From the NCBI GenBank assembly GCA_010909165.1, contig VJWM01000179.1, positions 310,001 through 374,000 on the forward strand: a stretch of 64,000 nucleotides of DNA, given 5' to 3'. Shown in pieces: positions 11,936 through 24,219 of the stretch. Numbering within the stretch: the first letter of the stretch is position 1; each line of letters begins with the position of its first letter. The translations under genes were made by a program, and so were the position numbers. Source of the DNA: Anthoceros angustus. Its lineage: Eukaryota; Plantae; Anthocerotophyta. Under the pieces are notes generated by a model. The model saw only the letters and a program-made list of their open reading frames with translations. It ran no database searches and was not told the origin of the DNA.

Positions 11936-14900
11936 ATGACAGAGACGGAACTGCACGGCTGTGCCGAGCATGGCGGCTGCCCCACTGACTACATCGCTGT
12001 GGCGGTTTCGGCCTGCGGTCTGGGCTTGTAAGCCTTGTTTCCTTCCTGCCATGGTTGTTTCTTTTGTGGAGTGCTTTTTCTGTATGTAGCACTATGCACA
12101 CTTTTGTGTCTTGCGCGCTTGGGCTCATTTTTCGTTCGGTTGTCTCCGGTGGTATTAGTGTGTTCTTGGGGACGGTCACAATTTACCGGAAAAGGCATGT
12201 GCCGGAGATCAAAGCTAAACAGGTCTATCTTATGGTGCTCCAGTCGATTGCAAGTGCAATTTTTATCGTCTCTCTCCTGGTAAGACCCTTGTCTTCATGT
12301 AGGGACGCAATTGCTGGCTGATGGCTGCTTCCGCAATTGTGTTTTTCTGGATTTTGAAGCTTGTGTCCCTTCAGTTGCTCAAGCACCTTTCTGTGTTGAG
12401 CTTGCCTGCAGATGGCCAGAAACGTTTTCAAGGTGTCCAGAAAGGCGCATGGTTATTGGCTTTCATGTCAACTGTGGCAAAGTAAGCCTCAACTTCAAGT
12501 CACCCAGTGGATCCTTTTCGCACACCAGTCTTGCTGTGACGAAGGCTTATGGAAGTAAGCTCACAGTGCCAGGGTAGTTTTTCAGGTTTGGGAGTTGGGG
12601 TAATCGTTAATGACAATCAGCTGTGATTCTCGGTTTCTGTCGTATCTTTCAGTTTGGCTAGAGGATGCCGGTTTTGGCTTGTTGCTCAGCTGTCATCTCG
12701 CAAGAGCGTACAGGCTTTATCACGTTTTCGTGGGGTATGCAAGCACGCATTTTCATTTCTTGTGCCTCTTCTGCCAGGGGCACATCACTTCATTTGTTTG
12801 CAGCTGCACCCAAGAGGCAGCTTCTTATCAAGGCGCTGTGCTTACGAAATCAATCATTCCTGTTGCAGGAGACGGCTGCCTCCGTTGAAGTCTTTCCAGC
12901 TCTTGCCTTTGCTCATAGTGCCCTGGATTGTGGGAGCAGCAGGTTTGGATGCTCCCCGGCACCACCATATCTCGCTTCTCTGTCTTGTCAGTAAACTGAA
13001 GACTTGCTTTGTCTGTACAGTAATGCAGGGAGTACATCTCTTCCGTAACTCTAACCGCTGTGTAGCACAGTCGGCTTGGTGGGTCATTACCGGAATCCTG
13101 CATGTCAGCTATACCTTTATGCTGATGGCTGCCACTTGGAAGATCCGGAATATCAGGTTTGAGTTCAATGAGTTCAAGGAGCTTATGGCTGGAGGCTCGC
13201 TTTGCATCGTCTTTCTAGGTGAAGCTCACTACTCTAGTGCTGAAAGGCGTCTCCTCCATATAGTTCTTCGCAGCCCTGGAGACTAGTTGTGCAAGCATCT
13301 GCTTTGTCCAGCGCTTTGTGATTTCGACTCGCGCTGACAGTTGTGGAATGCGTCGTTCCCTTGTTGACAGCTGTTGGATTCTTCCTATACGCATGGAATG
13401 CTATGAGAAGCAACAAAAGCGAAGGCCTTGAGGTTTCCATGAGGTTCTTACTTGTAGTTGTGGTAGGTCCCAACTCAACCCTTTTGGCAATTTGCAGATG
13501 TGTGCTATGATCTTGTATTCCATCGGCGTAGGTTTTAGTGCCTGTCAGGAGCTGGCATTCTTTCGCTTTTTCTTACCCTCTCGCCAGTTTTGAGGTTTAG
13601 ATTTGTTGACCTGGAACATAACAGGGGAATCTGGTGGTCGTTTTCTTCTTCTGGTTCCCTGTGTCACGGCCTTTCATGGCACAGTTCGGTGCCAGACCAA
13701 GAGAAACCGAAATCAGCATGGGACAAGCACTTGGAGTTCCCCCTAGTGGCTTACTTATACCCCCAACACGAACAGCTTTTAACTTTGAAGAGCCTCTTGA
13801 CTGCCTACTTCAAAACAAGCGATTCCGTCTGTCTTTTCTCGCCTTTGCTGACAGGTCAGACATGAAGTCAAGGGGTGAATACCTGCAAATTCCTGAATTC
13901 TACACTGTAGCTCACTTCACATTTCAATAGGTGATTGTCACTGGGAAGGAAGTTGTCGATGACTCCCCCTGTGTAGAATTGTCCAATCTCAAGAATGTGG
14001 ACCGCAGTTCAGCAACCGGAGGATGTATGTTCTACAGCAGTCGCCGACCATGGTGTTGATGCAGAACCTGATGTACAGTCTCTGGTTATCTTGCAGCCGC
14101 TTGGCAGGAGAAGCTGTACACTTCTACGATGAGGTCCGGGTGTTTAACAGGATGCCCTTATCTAACTTCGTGGGGAGGATTTACATGGCGACCTATATCA
14201 TTGACAAGTACATACAAGTGGGTACGTATCTCTAAATCCAGATATGTGCCCTGCACCATGTGGATCTGAGAGTAAAGAGAGCTGCAATTGATTATGGTAC
14301 AGGGTCACGGATGGAGATCAACATTTCCCACCAAATGCGTTCTGAGATATTGAACACCATGGACTTGACAAATCCAAATTTATTCAAGCGTGCAATCAAC
14401 GAAGCCGTGAAAATGATGCAGCAGGTACTACTTCATTGCTTCTCGACCGTTTCCAGTTCTGTCCCTACTGAGCCACTGAACCCATCCTTCACTCACTTGT
14501 GAGTGTCAGAATCTAGAAAAGGATTACTGGACGTCTTCCTTCTTCCGCGAGCTCAAGGAGGAGCTTGATGCAGAAGCAGAATACAGTGAACAGTTGGAGC
14601 GAATGAGCATTCGCAACTTTCCCCTTCGACGCCTGTCGTATGACCCTCTGCCTAGCTCTGACAATCCGTTTGACAGTGGCGATGTACCTGCTGAGGATGA
14701 CGAAGGAATCTGGATGCCTCTTGACGATTTCAGTAACTGTGGGAAATATGACGATGATGGAAACCTTGTAGAGCCCGCATGTTACGTCCTTGATCCTGAT
14801 GCCAAGTCAACCTATTCTGTTGCTTCTTCAGGGGACGGCTCTCAGGTATTTCCCCTTGAAGGCGGTGGTTGTTGGACTGTTTCGTCTGGTTTCATGTGCC

Positions 14901-15094
14901 AAACATCATAGCCATCTATTTGTTCAATTTCTGACGCATGGCAGCTTCCTTTGAATCAGGTGACAGAAAACTTAACACCCAGTCAACCATATCTTTCAGT
15001 GGAGTCCATGCGCAGGCCAGAGATGGCCAGTTTTAAGATAGATCTGGAGGGGAACAGGGAACAGGTTCTTCACAGACCAACAAGGTCCGCCTGA
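11936..15094 (+). CDS. RGS1: 7TM-RGS regulator of G-protein signalling, multi-exon; stop either 14911 (unspliced) or 15094 (extra exon)
   Basis: N-terminus HGCAEHGGCPTDYIAVAVS resembles AtRGS1 GCALHGGCPSDYVAVA. TM exons WLEDAGFGLLLSC, RRLPP, IRNIRFEFNEFKEL. RGS box SMGQALGVP, EPLDCLLQNKRFRLSFLAFAD, LAGEAVHFYDEV, YIIDKYI, MEINISHQMRSEIL. GT-AG introns. Confidence 0.95.
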
Positions 15095-15372
15095 TTGTGG
15101 GAACAAGCTCCGGCTGGATTGCGAGATTGCGAACGGACTGTGACAACAGAACATCTGCTGCTGATGGAACTGGAGTTACTGTACCCTGGTTCTCCGAGAA
15201 AGTTGCTTGGGACATAGTGTATATGTACATATGAACTGTATTCTGCGTCTCTCAGGACGTCTCATCATTTATGAAACGGTGTCGTCACTTCCGTGAGAGT
15301 TTCGTTGGTCGCCTGCCATGGAGAAGTTGTGACTCGTCACTGGGTTTCCTGGAAAACTTACCCCTGACCCTT

Positions 15373-15458
15373 GCGCTTGTTCTGGGCCTGACGCTCGCGC
15401 TTGTTCTGGGCCTGACGCCCGCGCTTGTTCTGGGCCTGACGCCCGCGCTTGTTCTGGG
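15373..15458. repeat. 24-bp tandem repeat, ~3.6 copies
   Basis: Unit GCGCTTGTTCTGGGCCTGACGCCC starts at 15373, 15397, 15421 and 15445. Confidence 0.9.
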
Positions 15459-15996
15459 GCCAACGTTTTTGTGGCCTCACCTCCCCATGAATGCTGCCAA
15501 TGTGACAGCATACGGGTTAAAGGCGGCTCCCACGTGCTATGCGTTTGCAAGTTTCTGACGAATGGCGGCATCTGTGGCCGATGTGAGATTGTGAATCGTC
15601 CTCCGTGTGGAGAATCGTCCTGTTCGGAGCGCATAAGTGTGACTAGAGTAGTTTGCTGGATGCGTGGGAAGCTGGAGCTGAGAGTTCCGCTAGCGTTGTG
15701 AGTGGATGGTTGCTCCAGCTTCGTGCGGAAATGGTTTGGGCCGACAACTGGCACGGGTCGTGTGAGAGCTCTATCGATCCTGCGGGAGCAATGTGGCTGA
15801 CCTAGGCTGTGATATGGATCTGGTCTTTCCAGACGTCTTGGCAGTTCATGAGCTTTCGGTGTGTTTGGTATCTTGGAGGATGCCCGCAATGCAGCTACGC
15901 CAGACTTGTAGAGATTTCGCGCTTTGCACAGTTTTGTAGAGGAGCTGGAAAATGGGCCTGGATCAACTAGGCTCTCTCTCAGGGCCGTCGAGAACG

Positions 15997-18900
15997 ATGG
16001 CAACCATCCGAGCGGGGTCGGAGCTTCGCGATGCGCAGTACCGTGCCCAGCGGGTAGTCACCAGGGGTCGGAGACCAGCTGCACGTGGGCACAGGGCTTT
16101 TGTAGTTATCTTACTGCACTTGGGGGTGCTTCTACTTGCCTTACATCTCACGGGGAAGTCTGTTGCGGGCCAGAGGCTGGACTACAATGAATTAAGGGAC
16201 GATGACGATCTTGTCAACGTTGTTTTACCTGCAAACGCTACAGAGGGTCAGGACAGCTTTGCTGAAATGTTTGATCGAGTTCTTGAAAAGGAATTTCCGG
16301 ACAAGGATCCTCAGGAAGGTAAGCACTGAGAAGTGGCAGTCCTGGTTTAAGATCGCAGATATCTTCCACGTTTGCTTTAATTGCAGACATCATGTTACAA
16401 CAGATACCTTGGTTATGTAGGTACCGAACAGGAAGTTGGCAAAAGCTTCAACAATAGTGTCGCAGAGCAGCAGGTCAACCCTCACTGCATCCAGGCATTC
16501 AGGCATCTAAGATGTGCACGGGCTAGGATTTGACCCTTGGTCTTTTTCAGGCTGTGCTGGAGACAGTTGCAAGAGTCACACATGAGAAGCCTAAGCGGAA
16601 TGATTCTCAGGAAGAGAGGAAGTGAGCTGTCCAACATGGGTTGCAAGATGAGGACTCTCTTTTTCCCGTGTTATTCCTGACCTTGCCACTAATGTCATTG
16701 GTGGTGTTATGTGCTGCAGTGGGACAATGAAATCCTTTCAACTCCATGATCTCATTAACCTTGACTCGGAAAGTGGTGCTGAAGAGTTGCCCACCTTAAT
16801 TGATAAGGAGGTGAGTGGAAGGATGTGATTCCCATCTTTGGCTCACTCTTTTTCCTGGGGGGAGAGCTTAGCTTCTGCTTGGGTACAGGACAATGTCTTT
16901 GTCATATCTAATCCAAGATCTGGGTACATGGTGCTTCAACAAGATCTACGGTGCGTAATGGACTGGCTGTTGATTTGTGGATTGAAATAGTTGTGACCTC
17001 ATTTGCCAACCGTGGCCTTGTATTATGCTCATCTTATGTGTCCATTGTCTGTTGCTCTCTGCAGTCTCATTTCAGAGCTAGTTATAGTGATTGTATCTGC
17101 AGCGATTGGTGGCATTGTATTTGCCTGGATGGGCCAGCCTGTATGTTTCTCTCCCTCGTGCCCTCGTGCTCTCTTGTGTGAGGGGAAGACCTTTTGTAGA
17201 TCTGTTTCCTGGTTTGTTTGTCACATTGCATTGTTCAGCCTCCCACTGAAATCATTCTTCTCAAGCATGATGCCTGTTTGTTGCCAGGTTATCACTGGGT
17301 ATTTGCTTGCTGGATCTGCCATTGGCCCTGGTGGTTTTAGTGTCATCTCTGAGTTGGTGCAGGTAGCCCAGTACCAAAGTTGTATTTGTGCTGATTGTCC
17401 TGGTTATTAAGAAGGGAAACCTCGTGTCTATATCCATTTGGTCATTTGGCCTTTCTCAGGTTGAAACGATTGCTCAATTCGGAGTTATTTTCCTACTGTT
17501 CTGTTTAGGGCTTGAATTCTCAACTGCAAAGGTGAGGGACTTGCTTCACTGATGGATGAGTTTAGTAGTACTTGCTTCATCTCCTGTGGTTTCCTAAGTT
17601 CGTTGACTGCAATCAACTTGTAAAGCAAAGAATGACTCGGCTGTGAAAGATAAATGTTATTACTGCTGAAGAGCTCACATGTGGCCTCCTTTTTATTTGG
17701 GGCATATTCTGATGACGTTTGGTATGTCATGCAGCTGCGTGCAGTGCGAGCGGTTGCTGTTTTCGGTGGACTCCTTCAAATTTTTCTTTTCATGTGCATC
17801 AGTGGACTCATTGCCATGGCAAGTGGTTGAAGCATTGGAACTGGACATGCATGCTGTTAGGCGCATTTCCTTTTGTGTCCATTTTTGATAAAATCTGATG
17901 TACAGCTATGTGGAGGAAAGTCAACGGAGGGTGTCTTTGTTGGTGCTTTTTTGTCAATGTCATCGACTGCAGTGGTGAGTACTGATACTGTTGCAAGCTC
18001 CAGCCTATTATTCATTGATACCAGCCGCTGAAGTGATTTGATATTTCTGTGACAGGTGCTGAAATTTCTGATGGAGAAGAACAGCGTTAATTCTCTCTCT
18101 GGTCAAATAACCGTAGGAACTCTGGTTCTTCAGGTATTGGCATAGAGGACTTTATGCTTGTAACTTGCTGATTTCCTTCTGAGTTTTTGGGACTGAAAAT
18201 GTGTATTCCACTTTGCAACTCTCTGCAGGACTGCGCTGTAGGTTTACTGTTTGCCATGCTCCCTGTCCTAGGCGGAGATGGGGGTTTGTTTCAGGGCATC
18301 ATCTCTATGGTGAAAGCGTACGTGTGCATAGATGGGACTTCACTGAAGGAGACTTGTGGCTATTGAGAGTTGTCTTATGCCTGTATTTGTGTGTCTGCAG
18401 ATTGTTTTTGCTAGGGACCTTTATACTGACGGCTATGTTCCTTGCTCGGACTCTTGTACCTCGCTTCTTGAGGCTGATGAGAAAGCTATCTGTACCTGTA
18501 AGTCTGCAGTATGCACTCGTGTTGGTCATGGTGATGGTGTTTCTTTCTAGGCAATCCTTCTGGCCCTTTTGCTAACTTAGTACTGTGCAGACAAATGAGC
18601 TATTCCAGCTATCAGCTGTTGCATTCTGCCTTCTTGTTGCATGGGTAAGCACTGCTGCCCTCTTGGGTCAGATTTAGACGTCGATGGCTAGCTAACTAAA
18701 ACTGAGCGGGTGGCCGGTGTGAACTACTGCAGTGCAGTGACAAGTTGGGCCTGAGCTTAGAGTTAGGGGCTTTTATGGCCGGGGTGATGATATCCGGTAC
18801 TGATCAAGCTGAACACACTCTTGAGCAGGTCTGTGAGTAGCCCATGGTGTTATTACAATGGTTCAACTGTGCTGCTGAAAGCGCGTTGAAGTTGGTATCC

Positions 18901-19778
18901 CCTGACCGGAAGGTCCTGTTTGCAGATCGAATCAATCAGGAACCTGTTCAGTGCTCTATTCCTTGCAAGTATAGGCATGCTAATCAACGTGCAGTTTCTA
19001 TGGAATCATATGGATATCCTCCTAGCGTCTGTAATTTTAGTGATTGCTGCAAAGACCATTGTCATCACTTTTGTGGTCAGGGTCTTCGGCCATAGTGTGA
19101 AGACGTCGTTAGTTGTGAGTATCTTCATGGTTCTGCATCTGCGAGTGTTGGTTTGTGTACTTCCGTTGTCAGGGACTAACGTAATGTGCTGTGTGACCTC
19201 TGGGGCAGGTGGGCATGTCACTTGCTCAAATCGGAGAGTTTGCATTTGTTTTGCTTAGTCGTGCGTCCAACCTGCATCTTGTGCAGGTGCGCGACTGTTT
19301 TCAGACACTAGTAGCCGTTGCGTGTGCTTTGTTTCCATTTCCATACAGGGTGGTGTGGTCCGCATCCTAACTCCTTTCGTTTTGCTCAGAGGAAGCTTTA
19401 CCTTCTGCTTCTGGGAACAACAGCGTTGAGTCTGGTACGCGAACAGCGGTGTTGCCGTGGGTTTGCCCTGACGTGATGGGATTTGGTAGTAATGCTAGAT
19501 TTTTACGTGCAGATTACAACTCCTGTTCTGTTTCGGATGATTCCGCGCTCATGCATCTGGGAGTTTTGATGAATTGGTTCGCTCCAGATGTAAACCACCA
19601 AGAGGTGAGTTGTGGTGCAGTTGTGTTGAGCCGGTGGATGTTGGGTGTGGCAGCATGGTTAGATGCCACAAGCTAGAGCTGAAGCTTTGGTTTGCAGCAG
19701 GTGGTTATGAAAGGAGACCATCTTCATACTGGCAACTCAAGGCATATTTCTGTAGCAGTGCCAGGCTCTGAAAGATGA
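15997..19778 (+). CDS. KEA5: K+ efflux antiporter, KEA4/5/6 clade, about 20 exons
   Basis: DSFAEMFDRVLEKEF, GKSFNNSVAEQQAVLETVARV, LISELVIVIVSAAIGG, VITGYLLAGSAIGPGG, GVFVGAFLSMSSTAV, QIESIRNLFSALFLASIGMLI, SLAQIGEFAFVLLSRA. A 1-nt loss near 19543 is absent in the duplicate copy. The exact paralogue within the clade cannot be determined. Confidence 0.92.
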
Positions 19779-21414
19779 TGAGCCAGGATCTTTTGAAGCA
19801 AGTGGAAGAGTCATTCCTGTTTACGCTAAGGATGTCAGCTTGCAGGTCTATTTCAAGCAGGAGCGCGACTGAAGGCCGGCTAAAGTTTTGAGTCCACATT
19901 GGAATCCAGAGGCTCAAGGTGAGGCAGGCTTTGGTGACTGCGCGTCACAAGACCTTTACATATTGTTGCGTTTTTTTTCGCAAAGAGTAAAGCGTGGAAC
20001 CGTTACGAGGGCTTGAGAGCTTGGTTTTGATATTGCAGTGTACTGATTGCGTGACGCCGAGTGGCTAAACTAGTTGCATGTTGTGAGGCCGGGCTTGGCA
20101 GGATATCCCTGTATGCTGAAATCTCGTTGCCGGTCGAAGCCTGTGGGTTGAGGCTTCCTTGGCGATTCATTAGAGGAGCGGCGAATGCAGAGGATCCGCT
20201 CGGCTATGCTCGCCGGGGCGAAGCCTGTAACCCAGCAAGCGACGCGAGTGTGTTTGTCTTTTCAATTTGGAAACGATGGATCCAAAAGGTGGGCGGTACC
20301 CCAATAATGTGGGGCATCCACCTTTGTCCTTGGGGTTTGAACTTGTGGCAGAGGGTAGGAGCACGCGCGCTGGGGCGTGGCGTCAACCCGGGCCTTCTCC
20401 TGTGATGAGAGAAGGGAGATGGGGCGTCGACACTGGACAGCGGTAGCCGTAGTTACGTTACAGACGGAATATGTAGTGTACGTATGGAATCCCCCTGTTT
20501 GATTGGGTGGTGGCGTAACGTATGCCCAGAGACATGGTACAGGAACTCGGCAGACGTGGCGCACATGATACACGCAAGGCGTGAGCGTGGCTCACGTCAG
20601 GCCCTAAGATTTTGTTGCGAGTCGAAAAAGTGTGGCACGCGCGAAGCTCACCGGACGTTGGCCGTAGCCGTGAAAAGCAAAGCATGGGAAAAGGGAGGGG
20701 ACCAGCAGCCGGTCAGGGCCAGCTGGTGTGAACAGGGTCCGGTCCAGGTTGCAGGTTCCTGCAAGGCCAGGCCAGTCCTGCAGGCTGCGACGCGCGTGAG
20801 AGGGCGGGAATCTGCCTCCCTCCCTCCTTCCTTCCTTCCCCCCTTCCACTTGGCTGTGCTGTGCGCACTGTTTGCTCGTCTCGGTAACGTTGCACAATGC
20901 AGATGCAGGCAGTGTGCTTGTGTGCTTGTGTGCTTCCCATTCCCAGGCCAGGTACTCTCCGTTCCGTCCCGTCCCGTTCCGTCTGGCCTCGCCTCGCCTC
21001 GCCTGGCTGCCCAATGACCCGCCATATCTCGCAGGGCCCGAGACACAACCACCAGGCAGGGCGCGAACCCAGAGGCCAAGAGTGTCAGAGACAGAGACAG
21101 AGACAGAGACACGCAGCAGCAAGAGATTGATGAAAGCGTTGAATGAAAGATCCTTGATATGCACAGTGATTTTTGGCTGCCAATGCAGAGGATAAAGTGG
21201 GCAGTGAGTGTGGTGGGCGTGGGGCCGGAGCGTGGCCAGGGCGGGGGCAGGCGCTAATGATTGGATCGAGGCGAGGCGGGCTCGCCTTAAAAGCAACACT
21301 GTCTACAGCAAGGCATATCTGTCGGTGGCAACAGCCAAGCTGGTGCAGCAGCACTGGGCAGCACCGCAGCAGCAAGTGCCGTCCTCCATACACATCACAT
21401 ACCTACATCTGCTA

Positions 21415-21854
21415 CTACTTTGGCGACAAGGAAGGAGGCCATGGCCATCTGGAATTGTTGAAAGCGTCGTCGCAGTCCCGGTGGGCGGAGCCCAAGCCCA
21501 CTCCGGCACCGAAGGCCACAGCTGCGCATCTGGTCTTGGGGCTCCCTGCAGGACAAGGGCAAGGCCAAGGTGAGCGTTCAAAGTGAGCGCCTCTTGTGGA
21601 AGAAGAAGGCAGCCCTAATTTTGGCAGTTGGCAGTTGCTGGATGGAGCGGGCAGTGTGTGTAACTGCAGAAGAGGAGCGCGGCCACAGCACCCGCCATAG
21701 TGCTGTACACGAAGCGCCGAAGCGTTAGATCGATGCAGGCGTCCCACTTGTTTTCCAGCTCCAGCACCAAATCCGGCGGCCTGTCCTGGCCCTGGCCCTG
21801 GCTCTGGCCCTGGCTCTGGCCCTGGCCCTTGCCCTTGCCCTTGTCACTGCCCAT
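21415..21854 (-). CDS. MIC10: MICOS complex subunit Mic10 (DUF543), 2 exons
   Basis: KWDACIDLTLRRFVYSTMAGAVAALLF / RSPKTRCAAVAFGAGVGLGSAHRDC matches plant Mic10 including the GxGxGxG motif. Confidence 0.93.
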
Positions 21855-22242
21855 GGCCTTGGAGCAGAGTCTTAGGGGTAATATGTGCTACTCTACTCTA
21901 CTCTACTTTTCTCTACTCTAGTATATATCGCGGCGGAGGCAGAGGCAGAGGCAGCCGCAGCCGCAGCGGCAGAGAGGGTGATTGTGATGAGGCCCCGACC
22001 CCGGGGCCTGGTCTGGCCTCCCGTGCTTTCTGCTCTTGTGTATCTCCTTCATTCCCTCCATATCTCCCGGGACCCCTTCAGTTCCAAGACAGTGCACTGG
22101 CAGTGGCACCCCCTTGTCGGCAGAACGGAACAAGTTGCCCAACTGTACATGCAACAGCGGAATGTAGCGCACATAGCTAGCTAGATATGTTCATTGTAGG
22201 CGCATTTCCTTTTGTGTCCATTTTGATAAAATCTGATGTACA

Positions 22243-24219
22243 GCTATGTGGAGGAAAGTCAACGGAGGGTGTCTTTGTTGGTGCTTTTTGTCAATGTCAT
22301 CGACTGCAGTGGTGAGTACTGATACTGTTGCAAGCTCCAGCCTATTATTCATTGATACCAGCCGCTGAAGTGATTTGATATTTCTGTGACAGGTGCTGAA
22401 ATTTCTGATGGAGAAGAACAGCGTTAATTCTCTCTCTGGTCAAATAACCGTAGGAACTCTGGTTCTTCAGGTATTGGCATAGAGGACTTTATGCTTGTAA
22501 CTTGCTGATTTCCTTCTGAGTTTTGGGACTGAAAATGTGTATTCCACTTTGCAACTCTCTGCAGGACTGCTGTAGGTTTACTGTTTGCCATGCTCCCTGT
22601 CCTAGGCGGAGATGGGGGTTTGTTTCAGGGCATCATCTCTATGGTGAAAGCGTACGTGTGCATAGATGGGACTTCACTGAAGGAGACTTGTGGCTATTGA
22701 GAGTTGTCTTATGCCTGTATTTGTGTGTCTGCAGATTGTTTTGCTAGGGACCTTTATACTGAGCTATGTTCCTTGCTCGGACTCTTGTACCTCGCTTCTT
22801 GAGGCTGATGAGAAAGCTATCTGTACCTGTAAGTCTGCAGTATGCACTCGTGTTGGTCATGGTGATGGTGTTTCTTTCTAGGCAATCCTTCTGGCCCTTT
22901 TGCTAACTTAGTACTGTGCAGACAAATGAGCTATTCCAGCTATCAGCTGTTGCATTCTGCCTTCTTGTTGCATGTAGCACTGCTGCCCTCTTGGGTCAGA
23001 TTTAGACGTCGATGGCTAGCTAACTAAAACTGAGCGGGTGGCCGGTGTGAACTACTGCAGTGCAGTGACAAGTTGGGCCTGAGCTTAGAGTTAGGGGCTT
23101 TTATGGCCGGGGTGATGATATCCGGTACTGATCAAGCTGAACACACTCTTGAGCAGGTCTGTGAGTAGCCCATGGTGTTATTACAATGGTTCAACTGTGC
23201 TGCTGAAAGCGCGTTGAAGTTGGTATCCCCTGACCGGAAGGTCCTGTTTGCAGATCGAATCAATCAGGAACCTGTTCAGTGCTCTATTCCTTGCAAGTAT
23301 AGGCATGCTAATCAACGTGCAGTTTCTATGGAATCATATGGATATCCTCCTAGCGTCTGTAATTTTAGTGATTGCTGCAAAGACCATTGTCATCACTTTT
23401 GTGGTCAGGGTCTTCGGCCATAGTGTGAAGACGTCGTTAGTTGTGAGTATCTTCATGGTTCTGCATCTGCGAGTGTTGGTTTGTGTACTTCCGTTGTCAG
23501 GGACTAACGTAATGTGCTGTGTGACCTCTGGGGCAGGTGGGCATGTCACTTGCTCAAATCGGAGAGTTTGCATTTGTTTTGCTTAGTCGTGCGTCCAACC
23601 TGCATCTTGTGCAGGTGCGCGACTGTTTTCAGACACTAGTAGCCGTTGCGTGTGCTTTGTTTCCATTTCCATACAGGGTGGTGTGGTCCGCATCCTAACT
23701 CCTTTCGTTTTTGCTCAGAGGAAGCTTTACCTTCTGCTTCTGGGAACAACAGCGTTGAGTCTGGTACGCGAACAGCGGTGTTGCCGTGGGTTTGCCCTGA
23801 CGTGATGGGATTTGGTAGTAATGCTAGATTTTTACGTGCAGATTACAACTCCTGTTCTGTTTCGGATGATTCCCGCGCTCATGCATCTGGGAGTTTTGAT
23901 GAATTGGTTCGCTCCAGATGTAAACCACCAAGAGGTGAGTTGTGGTGCAGTTGTGTTGAGCCGGTGGATGTTGGGTGTGGCAGCATGGTTAGATGCCACA
24001 AGCTAGAGCTGAAGCTTTGGTTTGCAGCAGGTGGTTATGAAAGGAGACCATCTTCATACTGGCAACTCAAGGCATATTTCTGTAGCAGTGCCAGGCTCTG
24101 AAGATGATGAGCCAGGATCTTTGAAGCAAGTGGAAGAGTCATTCCTGTTTACGCTAAGGATGTCAGCTTGCAGGTCTATTTCAAGCAGGAGCGCGACTGA
24201 AGGCCGGCTAAAGTTTTGA
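22243..24219 (+). pseudogene. Duplicated 3' half of the KEA gene (no start, indels)
   Basis: Copy of the KEA exons from 17906 onward with small deletions, e.g. GACTGCTGTAGG versus GACTGCGCTGTAGG. Confidence 0.8.

Noticed and set aside
20195-20250. SRP RNA-like GCCTGTAACCCA motif
   Set aside because: No S-domain or helix-8 motif follows.
20061-21400. Several 100-230 aa ORFs between KEA and MIC10, and at 26500-27800
   Set aside because: Open in many frames on both strands because of GC content and repeats; nothing recognisable.
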